In this document: piece by piece, positions 7,025 through 11,080 of the stretch
Layout: every line of letters starts with the position of its first letter
How positions within the stretch are numbered: position 1 is the stretch's first letter
Source: a virus
Lineage: Duplodnaviria > Heunggongvirae > Uroviricota > Caudoviricetes
DNA length: 11,080 nucleotides
IMG/VR virus record: IMGVR_UViG_2778261641_000016
Direction: 5' to 3' (one strand)
Position numbers and translations under genes: made by a program
The notes under the pieces: model-generated
Database searches by the model: none
What the model was told of the DNA's origin: nothing
The model's input: only the letters and a program-made list of their open reading frames with translations

Positions 7025-7408
7025 ATGGGACGAAAAGAACGAAGTAACCTTGTTAGAATCGAAAAAGCCACACGCATCAGCAAACGTAAATACACCTCTT
7101 CTCTACAAGACCTCGCACGAGAGTCTATTCCTGGTGAGATGGTGACAACTATTAAAGAATATCCCGCAGTAGTACCAAATGGATTAGAGTTTGAACTATT
7201 GCAGGATGTTCTATCGTCAACGGATAACGTTTATTACAAACCACGACGCAGACGCGAATATATTATAGATAGTAGCCATCTCAAGAAATGGCAAATAGCA
7301 GGATTTGAACATTACGCCGATTATATTGGGTATTGTCAAACCTGGGGGCTATCCCAGCACACACAAGAGTTTGATATTCTCTTTGACGACAAGGAAAACA
7401 ATGAATAA
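7025..7408 (+). CDS. hypothetical protein (127 aa), basic N-terminus
   Basis: ATG 7025 is 5 nt after GAGG (7016-7019). Its stop overlaps the next start (ATGAATAA). Confidence 0.5.
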   Translation: MGRKERSNLVRIEKATRISKRKYTSSLQDLARESIPGEMVTTIKEYPAVVPNGLEFELLQDVLSSTDNVYYKPRRRREYIIDSSHLKKWQIAGFEHYADYIGYCQTWGLSQHTQEFDILFDDKENNE

Positions 7409-7739
7409 TAAAACTATGGACACAGTGAACACCCTAATTAACTCTTTCCACGACAACTGGCATTTACCAACCTTACAGCTTGTTAATGCAGCGTGGCGTG
7501 AGAGAACGCCCTCCGCGCTTCTGGAAGCGGTGCAATACACTGAACAGGCAATCACTGCCCTTGAACATCTGCAAACGTCTGTAGCTCGTTTGGTGCAGCG
7601 TGACGGCAGTTCGATCACACCAGAAGAAGCGTGGCGTGTAGCTAATGACCTTGAGGAGCTTGCTTGCTCTCTGCAATACATCACCGTTGAACTCGGAGAG
7701 CTTTCCATCCAGATCGCGGAAGAATGCGCCATAACATAA
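7401..7739 (+). CDS. hypothetical protein (112 aa)
   Basis: ATG 7401 is 5 nt after AAGGA (7391-7395), in frame with track ORF 7305..7739. The longer track start has no SD. Stop TAA 7737-7739. Confidence 0.55.
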   Translation: MNNKTMDTVNTLINSFHDNWHLPTLQLVNAAWRERTPSALLEAVQYTEQAITALEHLQTSVARLVQRDGSSITPEEAWRVANDLEELACSLQYITVELGELSIQIAEECAIT

Positions 7740-7754
7740 AAGTTACTAAATGTC

Positions 7755-7783
7755 TTGACATTATGTGCTATATGTGTCATAAT
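7755..7783 (+). promoter_or_regulatory. near-consensus sigma70 promoter (TTGACA - 17 bp - TGtCATAAT)
   Basis: Perfect -35 TTGACA at 7755-7760, 17-nt spacer, extended -10 TGtCATAAT (7775-7783). It starts 16 bp after the stop of the upstream operon. Confidence 0.6.
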
Positions 7784-7789
7784 GAGTTA

Positions 7790-8334
7790 TAGGGTAAGTA
7801 TTCGAATCACTTCACCCTCGTATGTCAATACGCACTCCTTGAGAATGCCGTTCCCATAGCGGCATTCTCTCCCTCTGAATGCTATTTCTGAAAGTGTTGG
7901 TTCTTTGTCTTGTTTGTTCCGAAGGAATGCGCGGGATGTAATATCTCGTTGTGTTGGTATTGCATCGCAATCACCGCGCATCTCCGACTTTTTCAGAAAG
8001 GGCATTCGCTCTTTGCTCATTCATTCCGTTAGGATGAATGTAGTCAGACTGAATAAACGCCGTCAGCGGTAGTTACGTTCAGGCTGGCAATCTCTTATTA
8101 CTATTCCAGTGGTGATATTGAGATTCCATTCCCACTTCTCGCCATGACAGAAGGGCTTCTGTTTTGAAGTGGGAGCAATGACGGGCGATCCTACTTCTGT
8201 TATTCGTAACAGTTGCGCCCTTCATTTTTTCAAGAAGCCATTCTTTAACATCATAATCCTCCGAAACGAAAATGATTTTAACAGAATGCTTTCTAACAAG
8301 GGCATATTCTCCAGGGGCTTAATCGCCCCTTTTT
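7790..8334 (+). ncRNA. candidate ~545-nt non-coding leader transcript (promoter to intrinsic terminator); speculative
   Basis: No plus-strand ORF of 60 aa or more between the promoter and the terminator. Contains a perfect 10-bp stem hairpin (7841-7850 / 7860-7869). Only short ORFs without credible SD. Confidence 0.3.
8313..8334 (+). terminator. rho-independent terminator
   Basis: GGGGC-TTAATC-GCCCC stem-loop (8314-8329) followed directly by TTTTT (8330-8334). Confidence 0.6.
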
Positions 8335-8405
8335 AACAATCTGCATGTAACACTTCCGTTATCAATGGAAGGATAAACGCAGTTATAACGCGAAGGAACA
8401 ACACA

Positions 8406-8621
8406 ATGTTCTTAATAAACAATCGCGACCGAATCCTAAAATACAAATCCGAAGTGATTCAAGTTAATCCTGAGTTAATAGCTAAAGTGGCTGAAATGGC
8501 AGGATGTACCGTTGAAGAAATAGAAAAAGCTGTAGACCAGTATTTCCCTTCTGAGGACACACCTCAACTTAGTATGCAGGAACGGATCGCAATCAAATCC
8601 AAGGAAATCAAACAACAATGA
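8406..8621 (+). CDS. small hypothetical protein (71 aa), first gene of the head operon
   Basis: ATG 8406 is 7 nt after SD GAAGGAA. Its stop overlaps the start of the next gene (ATGA), implying translational coupling. Confidence 0.55.
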   Translation: MFLINNRDRILKYKSEVIQVNPELIAKVAEMAGCTVEEIEKAVDQYFPSEDTPQLSMQERIAIKSKEIKQQ

Positions 8622-8977
8622 TTGTAGACCTAACCGAACTTTTCCCAATTCGTAAGAGTTTCACTGACGTATTGAGCTACGCCACTGATTCTTTTGCAGT
8701 CGTAGAAGGCCGTGTTTTCGACCTGCCAGCAGATATTGAATGCGGCGATGTTATCGGCGCTGATGGCGCTCTATACACCTCCGGCGATGATGCCTTTGTG
8801 GTGGTAAGTGATTTCGTGAGTGCTGGCGACGGTAAAACCGTGAATGTCCTACGTGCGCCTAATGTTGGTAGCTTCGTAGCACTGAAAGCCGACAACCTGC
8901 ACGCAGCTAATCACGCCGCAGCTATCACCACGCTCGAATCCAAAGGGTTCGTATGCCGTCCATTCTTCACCTCTTAA
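8618..8977 (+). CDS. probable phage head decoration protein (119 aa)
   Basis: Gly/Ala/Asp/Val-rich small protein encoded immediately upstream of the major capsid gene, the same position as gpD before gpE in lambda-like heads. Assignment rests on position and composition, not on recognised sequence identity. Confidence 0.5.
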   Translation: MIVDLTELFPIRKSFTDVLSYATDSFAVVEGRVFDLPADIECGDVIGADGALYTSGDDAFVVVSDFVSAGDGKTVNVLRAPNVGSFVALKADNLHAANHAAAITTLESKGFVCRPFFTS

Positions 8978-8993
8978 TCAAGGAAGATAAATA

Positions 8994-10025
8994 ATGAGTA
9001 AAATCGCAATTGGGCGTGAGATGGTCGATTTAGCGCCAATCTTCCAGGCTCTGCCGGAACGTAACTATCTTATGAATGCCCTCGACCTATTCGACGGGGT
9101 AGGTGTTCAGAATCCGAAAGTGGTGGTGACACAGCTTCTGGATGATAACTACAGCCTGTTTAACACCCCGCAGAGCCGTTATTCATCAAACCACGACACT
9201 ACCGCGCGTCAGAATGGCAAAGAATACCTTATCGAGATTCCTTGGTTTGCAAGGGAAGATGAGTTTAAACCTGTAGACGTACAAGGCCGCAGAGTGCAGG
9301 GAACGGACTACGAGCAAACCGTTACCGACCTGTACACCGAATACACTGGCAAACATAAGATTGCTTATCTGCGTACCCGTGAGTCTTACCTGGCCCGTGC
9401 TCTGTTCAAAGGTGAAGTTTATACGCCTGCAACTGATGACCTACTGATCTCTTATGCTGAACTGTTCGGTGTGGTGCCAATGACAGCCAGCGTGAGCACA
9501 GCGACAGCGGCACAGGATTTTGATGCGATCTTAGACAAAGTTCAGGCTGCCGCAGGTGGATTGGCTGGACAGATTGAACGAGTGATCGTATTCGCTAAAC
9601 CTGCTGCATTTAGCCAGATTCGCTTCTCTGACAGTATGTCTAAGGCGTTCCAGTATGTAGCGCCATATGACGACCGTAACCTATTCTACCAGCGTCACGA
9701 GCTTCTCCCTGGTGTTAGTACGTTTAGCCTACCTGGTGCGCCTATCGACATTGTTAAAGTGACAGATCCGCTGATCCTTGCACAGATGCCAGATGATGCT
9801 GACATGGTGGCGGTTCCGGTGTTCAGTAAAGGCACAAATGCTTATCAGAACATCTACGGCGCTGCCTCTGGTAACTTTGCGCTGATCGATGCTGCACCTG
9901 CTGAATACTACTCTTGGGGCTACCTGAGCGAGCGCGGCGATGCTTACCACGTTATGCACGAAAACAGCGCATTACCAGTGAACCATGCGTTAGGTATGCA
10001 GGTGAAGATCACCATCACTGCTTAA
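8994..10025 (+). CDS. phage major capsid protein, lambda gpE-like (343 aa)
   Basis: ATG 8994 after AAGGAAG. Length matches the 341-aa lambda E protein, and local blocks (ALFKGEVY, VIVFAKP...F) resemble E-family blocks as I recall them. It follows the decoration-like gene. Confidence 0.75.
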   Translation: MSKIAIGREMVDLAPIFQALPERNYLMNALDLFDGVGVQNPKVVVTQLLDDNYSLFNTPQSRYSSNHDTTARQNGKEYLIEIPWFAREDEFKPVDVQGRRVQGTDYEQTVTDLYTEYTGKHKIAYLRTRESYLARALFKGEVYTPATDDLLISYAELFGVVPMTASVSTATAAQDFDAILDKVQAAAGGLAGQIERVIVFAKPAAFSQIRFSDSMSKAFQYVAPYDDRNLFYQRHELLPGVSTFSLPGAPIDIVKVTDPLILAQMPDDADMVAVPVFSKGTNAYQNIYGAASGNFALIDAAPAEYYSWGYLSERGDAYHVMHENSALPVNHALGMQVKITITA

Positions 10026-10088
10026 TGAGCAAGCGGGAGCCTGACCCGCTGGAAATAATCAGGCTATTGAATAGGGCGTGTGAACGTT

Positions 10089-10121
10089 GGGAACATCTCC
10101 CCAGTGTTCCCGCCCTTTTTT
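10089..10121 (+). terminator. probable intrinsic terminator after the capsid gene
   Basis: GGGAACA-(9 nt loop)-TGTTCCC stem (10089-10111), then GCCC and TTTTTT (10116-10121). Confidence 0.45.
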
Positions 10122-10144
10122 ATTTCCAGAATGAGGAAAGATAA

Positions 10145-10342
10145 ATGCAAGTGATTGTAAAAAGCGCGGGGCTTCACCTCGCCGTAAATGCTGAAACAGC
10201 AGAAGAGTTATTAAATCTGGCGGGAGTGTGTCGTGTGCTTGAAATAGATCACGGTCATCTACGTCAGTTATTACATCGTGGGCGTAGTGTATCAGATGCA
10301 CTTAATTATCTGGTGAGTAAAAAAGGCGGTGGCGATGCTTGA
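10145..10342 (+). CDS. hypothetical protein (65 aa)
   Basis: ATG 10145 after strong SD GAGGAAAG. Its stop overlaps the start region of the next ORF. Confidence 0.5.
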   Translation: MQVIVKSAGLHLAVNAETAEELLNLAGVCRVLEIDHGHLRQLLHRGRSVSDALNYLVSKKGGGDA

Positions 10343-10799
10343 GATTAATACAAGTAAGATCGTCAACACCGTAACTTTCACCGTTGACAAAGGGAGTATT
10401 GCAGAGGCTAAGGCCGCAGCGGATAACCTTCAAAAGCACTTCCAGAAAATAGCCGATCCCAAGATTCGCTTCCAGGATCTGAAGCAGCGCAGACAGAAAG
10501 CCCGTCAACAAGCCGATGATGCACGTTTTAATGATAAGCCTCGTGATACGAAGGAAATGAAAGCCCAACGTGCGGCGGAGAAGCAGAAAGCCAGGGATGA
10601 AAAGGCCAATCTGAAAGCGAAGCAGCAGCTACAGAAGCGCCAAGAGACAGCCGAGCTTAAACTTCGCCATGCAGGGCTACAAGTGTCAGGAATTAAAGGT
10701 AAATACGGGCTTGATCCTAAATCTCAGTATGAAGCGTTACGTTATATTCATCAGCAAAGCGAAGAGTTTGCGAAAAGGGTATTAACTTTCGCAGCCTGA
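10329..10799 (+). CDS. hypothetical protein, highly charged Lys/Arg/Glu/Gln-rich central region (156 aa)
   Basis: Track ORF overlapping the upstream stop (start ATG 10329 or 10335). Its last ~8 codons are read out of frame from invertase-homologous DNA. Confidence 0.5.
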   Translation: MAMLEINTSKIVNTVTFTVDKGSIAEAKAAADNLQKHFQKIADPKIRFQDLKQRRQKARQQADDARFNDKPRDTKEMKAQRAAEKQKARDEKANLKAKQQLQKRQETAELKLRHAGLQVSGIKGKYGLDPKSQYEALRYIHQQSEEFAKRVLTFAA

Positions 10800-11080
10800 C
10801 CGACAGCATAGATACGTCTTCACCAATGGGACGCTTTTTCTTCCATGTCATGGGCGCACTTGCAGAAATGGAAAGGGAGCTGATAGTCGAACGTACCAGG
10901 GCGGGATTGGCTGCGGCTCGTGAAGAAGGGCGAATAGGTGGGCGTCGATCAAAGCTAACTGATGAACAGTGGGCGCAGGCAGGCAGGTTGATTGCAGCAG
11001 GTGAATCACGACAGCGTGTGGCATTAATTTACGATGTTGGGATATCGACGCTATATAAAAAATTTCCGGCAACCAGGTAA
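10772..11080 (+). pseudogene. serine DNA invertase (Pin/Gin/Hin family) C-terminal fragment, lacking the catalytic N-terminus; runs off the window end
   Basis: Translation EKGINFRSLTDSIDTSSPMGRFFFHVMGALAEMERELIVERTRAGLAAAREEGRIGGRRSKLTDEQWAQAGRLIAAGESRQRVALIYDVGISTLYKKFPATR closely matches the C-terminal half of e14 Pin as I remember it. The frame is closed by TGA at 10730-10732 and no serine-nucleophile N-terminal domain exists in any frame upstream. Confidence 0.65.

Noticed and set aside
7305-7780. Long start of ORF 7305..7739 and minus-strand ORFs 7349..7780 and 7473..7676
   Set aside because: The SD supports ATG 7401 as the real start; the minus-strand ORFs are antisense to it.
7787-8020. 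77-aa minus-strand ORF in the leader region
   Set aside because: Weak SD; it would be transcribed against the strong plus-strand promoter and ends inside it. Kept only as a low-probability alternative to the leader RNA.
8677-8895. 72-aa minus-strand ORF
   Set aside because: Antisense, inside the decoration-like gene.
9729-10144. ORFs 9729..9959 (-) and 9914..10144 (+)
   Set aside because: Overlap the major capsid gene or its terminator; no SD.
10059-10568. Minus-strand ORFs 10059..10301 and 10302..10568
   Set aside because: Antisense to the SD-supported plus-strand genes.
10848-11072. 74-aa minus-strand ORF
   Set aside because: Antisense to the invertase homology region.
1-11080. CRISPR array, rRNA, intact tRNA, IS element
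   Set aside because: No regularly spaced identical repeats with unique spacers, no rRNA-like or complete cloverleaf sequences, and no transposase ORF with terminal inverted repeats were seen.

Overview
Mosaic accessory DNA at a prophage/tRNA junction, most likely from an enterobacterial chromosome (the tRNA-Thr half, a Pin-type invertase fragment and a lambdoid Tfa tail all point that way). All calls are by eye from the sequence and ORF track; no searches were run. Left to right: (1) the 3' end of a phage tail-fiber-assembly gene followed by a displaced CCA-terminated 3' half of a tRNA-Thr gene, i.e. an attachment-site remnant; (2) four uncharacterised cargo genes ending at a small FimB/FimE-size tyrosine recombinase; (3) a ~1.5 kb ORF-poor region dense with phased repeats, palindromes and two tandem sigma70-like promoters; (4) a five-to-six gene operon of small DNA-binding proteins (RHH plus two winged-helix proteins, one resembling a phage O-type initiator); (5) a near-consensus promoter, a ~545 nt ORF-poor leader and an intrinsic terminator; (6) an orphan head module (small protein, decoration-like protein, lambda E-like major capsid protein) with no portal, terminase or protease in the window; (7) two overlapping unknown genes running into a serine-invertase fragment that lacks its catalytic N-terminus. 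No rRNA, intact tRNA, CRISPR array or IS element was seen. The most interesting candidates are the promoter-leader-terminator unit feeding the orphan capsid genes and the repeat-rich control region with its operon; neither can be assigned to a known system from sequence alone.
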